From NCBI GenBank assembly GCA_945870425.1, contig CAMBSD010000012.1, positions 2,923 through 66,922 on the forward strand: a stretch of DNA of 64,000 bases, written 5' to 3'. Under the pieces are notes generated by a model. The model was given only the letters and a program-made list of their open reading frames with translations, did no database searches and was not told the origin of the DNA. The stretch is from Chitinophaga pinensis. GTDB lineage: Bacteria; Bacteroidota; Bacteroidia; UKL13-3. Made by a program: the position numbers and the translations under genes. Shown in pieces: positions 29,302 through 38,632 of this stretch (position 1 is its first letter; each line of letters opens with the position of its first letter).

Positions 29302-29892
29302 TTATTTCTTCACCCTTGTTGGGTTTACACTTACAAAACTTTCCCAACTAGATGCCTTCTTTTTGGCAGGTATTTTAGATTTGCCTGTGCTTTTCAATTC
29401 GGGTATGACCAATTTGTTTTGCAAAAAATGGCAATAAGCAGCAGCCAAACCATCTGTAGCATCAAAAAATTTGCTATCGTTTTCAAATTTCAATATGCGT
29501 TGTAACATGGCCGAAACCTGCTCTTTACTTGCATTTCCGCTTCCTGTTATGCTTTGTTTGATTTTTTTAGGAGAGTATTCATTCACTGCCAATTCTCTGC
29601 TCATGGCTGCGGCTATAGCTACCCCTTGGGCCCTACCGAGCTTCAACATACTCTGTACGTTTTTACCGAAAAAGGGTGCTTCAATAGCCAATTCATCTGG
29701 CTTGTATTCATCAATCAATCCAACTGTTCGCTCGAATATCTTTTTTAGTTTAAGGGCATAATCGTCATACTTATCCAGTTTAAGCACGCCCAATGTAAGC
29801 AACTCGGCCTCTTTGCCTTTGCAATGAATAACTCCATATCCCATGACGATGGTACCAGGGTCGATGCCTAAAATGATGCGTTCTTTTACCAA
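29302..29892 (-). CDS. ruvC: crossover junction endodeoxyribonuclease RuvC
   Basis: ILGIDPGTIVMGYGVI, EAPFFGKN and ATDGLAAAYCH; Lys-rich C-terminal tail. Confidence 0.9.
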   Translation of the reverse strand: MVKERIILGIDPGTIVMGYGVIHCKGKEAELLTLGVLKLDKYDDYALKLKKIFERTVGLIDEYKPDELAIEAPFFGKNVQSMLKLGRAQGVAIAAAMSRELAVNEYSPKKIKQSITGSGNASKEQVSAMLQRILKFENDSKFFDATDGLAAAYCHFLQNKLVIPELKSTGKSKIPAKKKASSWESFVSVNPTRVKK

Positions 29893-29908
29893 GTTTTACG
29901 TTTCTTAA

Positions 29909-30946
29909 ATGCTTAGGGTTTCGATATTCGTATTTTTAAAGCGTTATTTGCACACAAACATACTTATTCTGTTGAAACAATTTATTTCAGACAACCCGAA
30001 GTTTGTGAAAACAATAAAAATTCTGCTATTGGTAACCACCCTTAGCTTTATTGTTTTTAAACTCAGCTACTCATACGACCTGAGGAAATTGTATTCAGAA
30101 TTCAATTTTGATTTTTCAGCCAAGGAAGTGGCAGGATTCGTTTTGGTATTCTTGCTCATGTTTGTGAATTGGGGTTTGGAAACCAGTAAATGGAAACTAT
30201 TAATTAACAAATATGAACCCATTGATTTTTTTAATGCTTTCAAGGCAGTTCTTTCGGGTGTAACCTTAAGTGTTATAACTCCCAATCAAATTGGAGATTT
30301 TATGGGTAGGGTGGTTCATTTGCAAGTGCTTAATAAAATTAAAGGTTCGTTGGTTACCATCATAGGACATACCGCACAAGTTATTATTACTGGGATATTG
30401 GGCACCTATGCCCTACTCACTTTTGTGGCCCTGATTGACATTGACATCTATTTTATTTGGCGAGAAATAGCCTTGGTATTATTGGCTTTTCACATACTCA
30501 TCATTTTCCTATACATCCGTTTCGATTTGTTGTATGGGTTGTTGAATAAAATAAAATGGCTACACAAATTCGAAAAGTATTTTGAGGTGTTTAAGGCATA
30601 TAGCAAAACCGAGTTGAGTAAGATTATTTTGATATCCTTTATTAGGTATTCTGTTTTTGTTATTCAATACTATATTCTTCTCCAAAACTTCGGGGTACAA
30701 ATACCTTTCATTACCTGCATTGCCGCTATTGTTGCTGTCTTTTGTGTGCAATCTGTTATTCCTTCTTTTATTTTAATAGAGATTGGGCTTCGTGGAGCTA
30801 GTGCCCTATTTTTCTTTGGTGAATTTAGTAGCAATAAAATTGGTATTCTCTTATCAGCCTATTCACTATGGATGATAAACATGATGCTGCCAGCCTTGTT
30901 AGGTTTGTTTTTTATCTTTCAACTTAAATACAAACGAACCAACTAA
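29909..30946 (+). CDS. polytopic membrane protein, lysyl-phosphatidylglycerol-synthase TM-region / flippase-like (UPF0104)
   Basis: About 8 TM helices. It overlaps the downstream GT2 gene by 1 nt, a pairing common for this family. The start codon is uncertain. Confidence 0.5.
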   Translation: MLRVSIFVFLKRYLHTNILILLKQFISDNPKFVKTIKILLLVTTLSFIVFKLSYSYDLRKLYSEFNFDFSAKEVAGFVLVFLLMFVNWGLETSKWKLLINKYEPIDFFNAFKAVLSGVTLSVITPNQIGDFMGRVVHLQVLNKIKGSLVTIIGHTAQVIITGILGTYALLTFVALIDIDIYFIWREIALVLLAFHILIIFLYIRFDLLYGLLNKIKWLHKFEKYFEVFKAYSKTELSKIILISFIRYSVFVIQYYILLQNFGVQIPFITCIAAIVAVFCVQSVIPSFILIEIGLRGASALFFFGEFSSNKIGILLSAYSLWMINMMLPALLGLFFIFQLKYKRTN

Positions 30947-32079
30947 TGCTTTCCATATCTATTGCACTTCTTGCTTTTTACGTAATACTAATTAGCTATT
31001 TTTTTATAGGATGGATGCTGGTAGTGGCCAGAAAAAAAACAAGCTCTGCATACAATAATTTAGCTGGTGTGGGCTTTAGTATTATTATCTCAGCCCGAAA
31101 TGAAGAAAAGAATATTGAAGCTTGTTTGAGAAGTATTATCAAACAAAACTATCCAAGTGATTTGTTTGAAGTTATTGTTATTGATGATGGTTCAACTGAC
31201 AAAACCGCTGATATCATCCATACATTTATCAATCAATCCCGAAGCATTGGGACCACATTCAACATTCATTATGTAAAGTCGGACTTAAAAAACAAAAAAG
31301 CTGCCATCACCATGGGAATTGGCCATGCGAAGCATGACTATATTATTCTTACAGATGCGGATTGCACCAGAAACAAACATTGGCTTTCTGCCATTAATAA
31401 ATTTGTCAAACAATCAGCATGCAAAATGATTTATGCTCCTGTGAGATTTAAGGCCCACAACATTTTCGAAAAAATGCAGGCACTTGAGTTTGCCGGTTTG
31501 GTAGGCATAGGCGCAGCTAGCATGGAACTCAAAAACCCCAATATGTGCAGTGCCGCCAATTTGATATTTGAAAAAAAGGCGTTCAATGAAGTCAACGGAT
31601 ACCAAGATAATATGCATTTATTATCAGGAGATGATGAATTTTTAATGCATAAATTTTTTAAACTTTACCCAGACAAGGTAAAATTTTTGCTCAACTACGA
31701 TGCGATGGTTACCACCACTGCAAGTAGTTCTGTTGAAGAATTGGCAGAGCAGCGCAAGCGTTGGGTAAGTAAAGCTACCAAGTACGAAAACAGATACATC
31801 ACACTCATTTTAATCTTGGCTTACCTCTTCAATGCAAGCATATTTGTCAATTTCGTATGGGGCTTTTTTGACGATTTTTATTTTAAATTATCTTTATCAC
31901 AACTACTCATCAAAATGGTTGTTGAATTTGCTTTTCTCTCACAAGTGGCAAGATATTTAAAACAATTTCATTTGATTAAATACTTAATCATTGCAGAACC
32001 ACTTCATGTAATTTATGTATTATTTGTAGGAATAGCGGGCAGTTTCGGCTCGTTTGAGTGGAAGGGAAGAGTGGGATAA
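30946..32079 (+). CDS. family 2 glycosyltransferase, membrane-bound
   Basis: SIIISARNEEKNI, DDGSTD, TDADC and QRKRW motifs; TM helices at both ends. Confidence 0.8.
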   Translation: MLSISIALLAFYVILISYFFIGWMLVVARKKTSSAYNNLAGVGFSIIISARNEEKNIEACLRSIIKQNYPSDLFEVIVIDDGSTDKTADIIHTFINQSRSIGTTFNIHYVKSDLKNKKAAITMGIGHAKHDYIILTDADCTRNKHWLSAINKFVKQSACKMIYAPVRFKAHNIFEKMQALEFAGLVGIGAASMELKNPNMCSAANLIFEKKAFNEVNGYQDNMHLLSGDDEFLMHKFFKLYPDKVKFLLNYDAMVTTTASSSVEELAEQRKRWVSKATKYENRYITLILILAYLFNASIFVNFVWGFFDDFYFKLSLSQLLIKMVVEFAFLSQVARYLKQFHLIKYLIIAEPLHVIYVLFVGIAGSFGSFEWKGRVG

Positions 32080-32168
32080 GACAATGTGTGAGTGTGGGTT
32101 AATGTGAGATTGATTTTTATATGGACTGAAAAGAGATACAATTTCTTCAAAAAAACTTCAAGTCAAAC

Positions 32169-33149
32169 CTACTCCTGTCTGCCAATCATTCTTTGTTCTG
32201 AAAGCACTTTTTGTTCCTCCTCCACTTTTTGTTTTCGTTCTTCGTCTTTAATTTTTTCAGGGGCTTTGTCTAATAGTGCATTCAAATCAGGCTGTCCAGC
32301 ATCTACCCATGCTGTGTACCAAATATCAGCCACTGCAGCAATGGAGGCTCTCATCCTTCGTTCCACCTGCCCATCAAGCATTTTATTGTATCGTGCAGAA
32401 TAATCTTTTGAATAAACCCTTGCTTGATTGGCTCCCTTTTGTTCGTAGCTGTATTTTTTATCCGAATCAAATTTGCTGTTTAAATTTCTTTCAAAAACCA
32501 AGACAGAATCAAGTGCAGCAAAACTACCTTCAGTAGCTTGCCAAGCTGCACTTTGCACATTTTGGATATAATCAGCTTTGCCTACAAACAAATCATAATC
32601 ATCACTATATAGCTCAGGCAATCTACTCTCCCAAAATCCATGAATACCATGCTGGTTGGTAAGCTGTCCGTTATAGTTAACACTGGCATGCAAAGGCACA
32701 TGGGCATCCGCAAAATAGTGGCCTATATCAGCAGATAGTTTCAAAATTCTTTCTTTATCTTTATTCTTCATAGACTCCACCAATCGATAGTACATCACAT
32801 TGATATGCCAAGGCACAATCCCATATGCTCTTAAAGTATCTTCAGTGAATTTTGTAATGGCATCCTTCCAAAATCTAGGAACAGTATCTACAGGCAACAT
32901 AGCCTCATAATGATCTAAATCTAAGTAGTGTCTTGGTGCTTCCAAACTATCAGAATACCTGCGTTTATCAGCATCAACCGCATGTTCTGTTAAGTATTCG
33001 ATATTGGCTTTATAAAACCCAAACATCTCAGGAGGTAAACTAAAAACAGCAACCCTATTTATGAGTTTATGAGAATAAAATCCCCAAGCATGTGCAGCTT
33101 GCTGAAAGGATAATACTAGAAGAAGAATGGAAAGCCTTGCTAGGTTCAT
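32169..33149 (-). CDS. zinc-dependent phospholipase C / S1-P1 nuclease-fold protein, secreted
   Basis: Signal peptide followed by AWGFYSHKLINRVAV, a Trp/His N-terminal zinc-ligand arrangement. His/Asp-rich motifs HAVDADKRR and ADAHVPLH. KE-rich tail. Confidence 0.55.
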   Translation of the reverse strand: MNLARLSILLLVLSFQQAAHAWGFYSHKLINRVAVFSLPPEMFGFYKANIEYLTEHAVDADKRRYSDSLEAPRHYLDLDHYEAMLPVDTVPRFWKDAITKFTEDTLRAYGIVPWHINVMYYRLVESMKNKDKERILKLSADIGHYFADAHVPLHASVNYNGQLTNQHGIHGFWESRLPELYSDDYDLFVGKADYIQNVQSAAWQATEGSFAALDSVLVFERNLNSKFDSDKKYSYEQKGANQARVYSKDYSARYNKMLDGQVERRMRASIAAVADIWYTAWVDAGQPDLNALLDKAPEKIKDEERKQKVEEEQKVLSEQRMIGRQE

Positions 33150-33214
33150 TTGATTTTATTTTCTAAGTCAAAGAAAATGAATGTCAGTCAAATTACAAGG
33201 GACTTCTTTTATTG

Positions 33215-33320
33215 ATAAACGTCTTTGCGAATCCCGTTTCCGATTTATCGGAACAGGATGAAGCAATCTTACAACAAATCAGATGGCTAACTCCCGTTCG
33301 AACGGGACACCATGATGTTA
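33215..33320. repeat. REP-like boxes with nested hairpins
   Basis: GTCTTTGCGAATCC-[GTTTCCGAT-tt-ATCGGAAC]-GGATGAAGCAATC, followed by the palindrome CCCGTTCGAACGGG. Confidence 0.55.
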
Positions 33321-33334
33321 AAAGTATTATTTAT

Positions 33335-33742
33335 TTAAACTAAATGCAAAGACCGATTTCCATCATCCAAAATCTGAATGGAGATTTCATACAAATCTTC
33401 TCCTTCCAAAATATCTTCAATCTTCTCAGGCCACTCAATTAAGCAGATTTGATTGGAATAAAAATAGTCTTCATAACCCATATCATATACTTCTTCTATG
33501 CTTTTGATGCGATAAAAATCAAAGTGAAATACTTTTTTTTCATCGGTAGTATGATACTCATTAACCAATGAAAAAGTAGGGCTGCTTATTTCATCCTTCA
33601 CTTGCAATTGTTGGCAAATACTTTTAATCAAAGTGGTTTTGCCTGCACCCATCTCTCCTCTGAAAACCCAAAGTTTTCTGTTGTTTGATTTAGCCACAAC
33701 ATGCGTGGCTGCATCAGCTATATTTTGAAGTGTGTATTTCAA
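33335..33742 (-). CDS. tsaE: tRNA t6A37 biosynthesis ATPase TsaE
   Basis: GEMGAGKTTLIK, SPTFSLVNEY, HFDFYR and EW. Confidence 0.85.
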   Translation of the reverse strand: MKYTLQNIADAATHVVAKSNNRKLWVFRGEMGAGKTTLIKSICQQLQVKDEISSPTFSLVNEYHTTDEKKVFHFDFYRIKSIEEVYDMGYEDYFYSNQICLIEWPEKIEDILEGEDLYEISIQILDDGNRSLHLV

Positions 33743-33769
33743 TTTTAATTTATTCTTTATTAAATTACG

Positions 33770-34078
33770 TAATTAATTCCTAATTCCCTGTCACCCTGAG
33801 CCTGTCGAATGGGTGAACGAATGCCTCAAATTTCCTCTTGCCTAAATCCTCTCTCCTCCCTTAACCACAAAGCCCACAGAGAATATACAACACAGAGGGC
33901 ACCAAGTTTACACTATTTCGTAATTCCTCATTCGCAATTCCTAACTCCCTGTCACCCTGAGCGGAGACGAATGGGTGAACGAATGCCTCAAATTTCCTCT
34001 TGCCTAAATCCTCTCTCCTCCATTAACCACAAAGCCCACAGAGAATATATAACACAGAGGGCACCAAGATTTTTCAGT
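33770..34078. repeat. two tandem copies of a ~161-bp composite repeat
   Basis: GTCACCCTGA at 33790 and 33951. Each unit is CTGTCACCCTGAGC..GAATGGGTGAACGAATGCCTCAAATTTCCTCTTGCC...CCACAAAGCCCACAGAGAATATA.AACACAGAGGGCACCAAG. Confidence 0.85.
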
Positions 34079-34087
34079 TACCACCTG

Positions 34088-34870
34088 TCAATTAATAACC
34101 ACAAATGAGAAATTCTTCACCCTCCGTTCGTCAGGGCTTATGGAATATATCCAATGCAAAATATCGTTCATATTTTCTTTGCCAGTAAATGGTATGTTGT
34201 TCTTTGTAAATACAAATATCAAATTATCTAATTCATTCTCTTTTTTCAGGTCTAATGAGTAGGCAATGCCTTTGTTTACTGGAAAGTGAATATGTTCAGA
34301 TTCCTTTATGTTATTAGCCTTTTCATATTGATTGGGAAATAATTGAAGGCATTGGCTATCGCTTAATAAAAATATTCTGAGGAAGCCATTCGCATAAGCA
34401 ATGGTTTCAAATGTCAGTGCTTCGTTGGCTTTATATGATTCCCTAATTCCTTTGATGTCAAACACAAAAGCAGGGTCACTTTTCTTTTCGTATTTTATGA
34501 CATCGGCATCAATTAAAGCTTCGTAATAATCTTGTTGGGCGCTTTCATCATGCTTTTTTTGCGTGCGAATATTTTGAATGTTTGTAATAGCCCCACTTAA
34601 CTCAACACTTGCGATGGAGTTAAAAACTTGAGAGATTTTCTTATTATTTTCTGTGGTTAGCAACACATTGCTCGAGCCAATGTATTCAGCAATTCCCGCT
34701 TTTTTCAAAGCATCTTTCTTGGCTTCTTCTATGGCATTGTCTTTTGTTTGGTTAGCCGTTTTATCATCCGATGTATAAGCTTTGCCCACAGCATCTTTTA
34801 TAAACAGCGTTTTTTGTGCAAATGCCAATTGGCAAACAAAAAACAAAATGATGAAAACAGAATACTTCAT
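34088..34870 (-). CDS. secreted protein, C-terminal DUF4384-like domain (frequent caspase partner)
   Basis: Signal peptide MKYSVFIILFFVCQLAFA. The start codon lies 1 nt after the stop of the caspase gene. The domain call is from memory of the family and is not verified. Confidence 0.45.
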   Translation of the reverse strand: MKYSVFIILFFVCQLAFAQKTLFIKDAVGKAYTSDDKTANQTKDNAIEEAKKDALKKAGIAEYIGSSNVLLTTENNKKISQVFNSIASVELSGAITNIQNIRTQKKHDESAQQDYYEALIDADVIKYEKKSDPAFVFDIKGIRESYKANEALTFETIAYANGFLRIFLLSDSQCLQLFPNQYEKANNIKESEHIHFPVNKGIAYSLDLKKENELDNLIFVFTKNNIPFTGKENMNDILHWIYSISPDERRVKNFSFVVIN

Positions 34871-34871
34871 A

Positions 34872-37157
34872 CTAATATTTAATAAATGCTTTTTCTTTCA
34901 TATCACCTGTAATGGTTGGGTGCTGCTCTATGCCATGTATGCGTGCAGCTTGGTATGGAACACCTTCGTTTCTGTCTGACACATATTCATACAATTCTTG
35001 ATAGGTAAGCGTTCCATCATGGTTTTTATCTGAATGCTCTTTGTCCTGTATGGCTTTCAAAAAGAAATAGGTAAACATACCATGTTGCTTTTCGTCATAC
35101 CAAGTAGATACTTCAGTGCCCGATGAAGAAGCAATAACCACCGCATTTTTCATGGTTAAAACAGGGTCAATAACTTTTATGGTTAAAGGACTTATTTTAT
35201 CAAACACATTAGCCCCCGAGAAACAAGCATCCAACACAATGGTTAAGGATTTTGCTTTAAGCTACGCCAAGTTTTGATAAAACACATCCAAGGAATAACC
35301 ACTGTTTTCAACATAATTGGGGTTGCACTCAACAGGCACAAAATAACCCTTGTTGTCTTTTAAGCCGGGAGCACCATGCCCTGCATAAAAAATAAATACA
35401 TCAGATAAGTTTTCTTTGATAGTGTTTGCCAATCTACCTTTTTGATTCTCTTTAGTACCAAACAAGGTATTAAAATCGCCAAGGGTAGCGTTTTCTTTAA
35501 ACAAAATATTACCTTCTTTAAACCCTAACACATTGATTAAATAATTCTTCATGCTTTGCGCATCGCTTATGGCGTAGGCTACCGATTTGGTATTTGCATA
35601 ATTGCTATTACCAATAATTACTGCTATGGAATTGGTATTATTACCATTGGCAATTGGCAAATTTTTATCAATATCTGATAACAATGAAACACTTTTTATT
35701 TCAATACTTTCTTGTTTAGTGCCCTGCACAATAATTTCGTTTTGCTGTTTAAGTTCGGTGTTTAGTTGTACTGTGTAGGTCTTGCTTTCTCCATATTTAC
35801 CATAGCTTTCGGTAATGTCTATCGTAACAGGAATATTGTTTTGCTTATAAATTCTGTTAGGGAAAAAATCAAAATTAATAACTTTACTTTCGTTTGGTTT
35901 AAGTAACGGAATGTTAAACTCTGTTTCGCCCGCGGCAAACACATTAGATGGAGGCAATGTACATACTATCTTTACATTTTTAGCTTCGCCTTGCCCTTTG
36001 TTTTGCACCGCAAAGTTAAGATTGATTACTTCTCCTAACTTAGCGATACCACCTTTTTCGCTACTGAAATTATAATCTACTACCGATACCAAAGGATTTA
36101 AAAACTTGGCTGTTTCTACATGTATTATTTCGTCAGGGGCATCAAAGCCATTGGCTTCTTTGGTTTTGATGATAAATTTCACATTGGCATTTTCTGTGTT
36201 AAAATCTGATGTGATTGGGATAACAATTTGTTTTTCTTCGTTAGGAGCAAGCTCATCTATCTTGTATTCTTTTTGGTAGCTTATCCCTTTTATTGTTTGT
36301 TCAGTGCTTAGCGAAATCACAATACCATAAGCACTCCCCTTCCCTGTGTTTTTGAGTTGAAAGCTAATTTGGGATTGTTCGTTAACGTCAATTATTCTAT
36401 TGTTATTAAATTTTTTATCAGAAAAAGAAAGATCATTAATAGAAATCAAAGGAGGCTGAAAAGGTTTTTTTTTCAACCAAAGTGCAGAATTAATTACAAT
36501 AGAGTTATTGAATTCAACAGTTTTTCTTTTAAACTCAAAGGAAAAATCCTTAAATTCTGTTAATTTAGGATAATTAAATTTTAATAAATCAATTTTTAAA
36601 GTACCATATTTATCTGTAGTTAACTTTACTTTACTTCCATTAGAATGCACTGTAACAGATTTATTCTTCAGAGGTTTATAATCTAGCTTTTTAAATTCAT
36701 CTGGGCCTCTTTCTAAATTATATTTATAGTAATACTTTGGATAATCTTTTTTGTAATCTAAAAAAAGCAAAGACCAGCTTGATACACCTAAAAGGATTAG
36801 AGGGGTGGGATTAATATTTTCAAGAGGTGCTAAAAGACCCATTACAGTAAAGAATCCGCCCAAAAATGTGCCTAAAAAACTCCAACCACCATCTTTGTGT
36901 TTATATTTATAATTAAAGTAATAATTACTTTTTAAGACTTGCGTTTTATATAGTGTGTATTCTGAATTTTCAACATTAACAAGCAAAAATGGTTCTTTTT
37001 CAGAAGGATTCTGTTTTAAGGTAACATTATACGAATTGCCTACCACTTTTGATGAATTTGGGTTTATTTTAGGCTCCGATACATTTGTTGATGAAACTAA
37101 AGTCCTGCAATTGCTTAAAATAAGCACTAAACATAATATGTATATTATCTTTTTCAT
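34872..37157 (-). pseudogene. lipoprotein-anchored CARDB-repeat caspase-family (peptidase C14) protein interrupted by one in-frame TAG
   Basis: ORFs 35262..37157 and 34872..35237 are in the same frame: ..FIFYAGHGAP..VFYQNLA-TAG(35264-35262)-LKAKSLTIVLDACFSG... The His (AGHG) and Cys (DACFSG) of the catalytic dyad fall on opposite sides of the stop. Lipobox LILSNC, a TM hairpin, and CARDB-like repeats (NLNFAVQNKGQGEAKNVKI). Confidence 0.7.
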
Positions 37158-37303
37158 TCACAAATTTATTAACCGAACAAGCGATGGGATATCAACCACC
37201 AAATGCAAAATACACTTATAATTTTGTTTAAATGCAAAATTACATGCAAATATTGTTAGTAATAAAAACAGAATATCTTTTATAGATGATGGCATGTCGT
37301 CAT

Positions 37304-38077
37304 TTATGTCAATTCTTCTATTATTATCAATCCAGAAACACATGAAGGTTCAATATGGATTGTGTCAAGTTTAAATTTAAATTCAAACTGCTTTTTGTAT
37401 GAATTATTTGCTATGTCTTGATATACAATTGAAAGTTTCAAAGATGGAAATTTATCGAAATACTCTGTCTTATTTTGTTTATGAGTTAGAGATAATACAA
37501 ATGCATTAAACATGGAGAGATAAATAGACGGTAGTTTTAATTTAAATGAATTATCTTCTCTCGGTATAAAAATTTCGCTATAACATATATCTGATTTAGC
37601 AATACTAAAACCCAAAGGTACTATTCCATATTTAGCTTCAAAACTCAACCCATTCTTTTCTAAATCAAGCGTTTCAACTTTCACTTCTCCAATGCTATGA
37701 AGCACATTTATGATTTTTCTATCATCAATTTTATAACTAAATCTTATGTTTTTAGCAGTACCTACGCCAATATTGAAAAGGTCAATATCAAATTTGTGAT
37801 ATGCTTTACTCTCAATCTGAATTGTATCAGTTAATCTAGTGTCATGCCAGTGCAAATATTCAAAATTATTTATGGTTGTATCTTTATAAAGATAAAATCT
37901 TTTTTCATTACGCAATATTAAGTTTGGCATATTGCTCTGTACCCTCTGTTTTTTCATTTCCAAAACTGTGTAGAATGTTGCTAAGGCAGTAATGAAAGTT
38001 ACTACTAAAACCCAATCAATCTGATTTAAAATGCAGCTAATTGTAAGTAAGTTTTTGTACAACGTTTCCATACACAC
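37304..38077 (-). CDS. orphan membrane-anchored protein (257 aa), no recognisable domain
   Basis: Intact ORF, very AT-rich, with one N-terminal TM (WVLVVTFITALATFYTVL) followed by beta-rich sequence. Confidence 0.5.
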   Translation of the reverse strand: MCMETLYKNLLTISCILNQIDWVLVVTFITALATFYTVLEMKKQRVQSNMPNLILRNEKRFYLYKDTTINNFEYLHWHDTRLTDTIQIESKAYHKFDIDLFNIGVGTAKNIRFSYKIDDRKIINVLHSIGEVKVETLDLEKNGLSFEAKYGIVPLGFSIAKSDICYSEIFIPREDNSFKLKLPSIYLSMFNAFVLSLTHKQNKTEYFDKFPSLKLSIVYQDIANNSYKKQFEFKFKLDTIHIEPSCVSGLIIIEELT

Positions 38078-38120
38078 AAATGTAAAAATGTTTTGCTATT
38101 TTCTTGCATTTGTAGAGACC

Positions 38121-38312
38121 CCATCAACTATGCGTAGTCTATAGCCAAGCCATAACCCCAACTATGCGTAGTCTGTAGACAAGCCATAGCGTTGCGACTA
38201 TGCATTTCAAATGAATTAGAGTTTGTAACTCGGTAAAAGAATAAAAAGGCTTGGTTTAGTCAATCTGTACTCCACATAGACATTCGACATGATTGGCTTA
38301 GAACCGCGCATT
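38121..38312 (+). repeat. structured intergenic repeat family, locus a (partial copy plus full ~155-bp copy)
   Basis: CCCCAACTATGCGTAGTCTGTAGaCAAGCCATAGCGTTGCGACTATGCATTTCAAATGaAtTAGAGTTTGTAACTCGGTAAAA ... CATTCGACA. Confidence 0.85.
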
Positions 38313-38404
38313 ACAAATGAAAAAGAGTTTTTAACTTAACAAAAAAATAGGATGTTTAAATTTTAATTTTTAGTATTTTTGTATGACCTTTACAATAAGT
38401 AAAA

Positions 38405-38632
38405 ATGAGAACAATACAGTTAAACATACCTGATGAAGTAGATTTAAAAGATTATGATTTTACTATGATAATTGCCTCTAAACTATACGAAGAGGGTGCA
38501 CTTACTTCTGGGCAAGCTGCACAAATGGCAGGATTGTCGAAAAGAACCTTTATAGAATTACTTGGCAGATATGGTGTTTCGGTATTTAGCAAATCTATTT
38601 CAGATTTACATTCAGATATAACCAATGCCTAG
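38405..38632 (+). CDS. UPF0175-family antitoxin-like protein
   Basis: 75 aa; the LYEEGALTSGQAAQMAGLSKRTFIELLGRYGVSVF helix-turn-helix is typical of UPF0175. Confidence 0.7.
   Translation: MRTIQLNIPDEVDLKDYDFTMIIASKLYEEGALTSGQAAQMAGLSKRTFIELLGRYGVSVFSKSISDLHSDITNA

Noticed and set aside
33809-34108. 99-aa ORF (MGERMPQISSCLNPLSS...) on the plus strand
   Set aside because: It is generated entirely by the two tandem 161-bp REP-like units, and the peptide itself is internally duplicated. It is a repeat artefact.
37158-37343. 61-aa ORF between the caspase gene and the orphan membrane protein
   Set aside because: It overlaps the 3' end of ORF 37304..38077 in another frame, lies in very AT-rich sequence, and has no motif. 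It is probably spurious.
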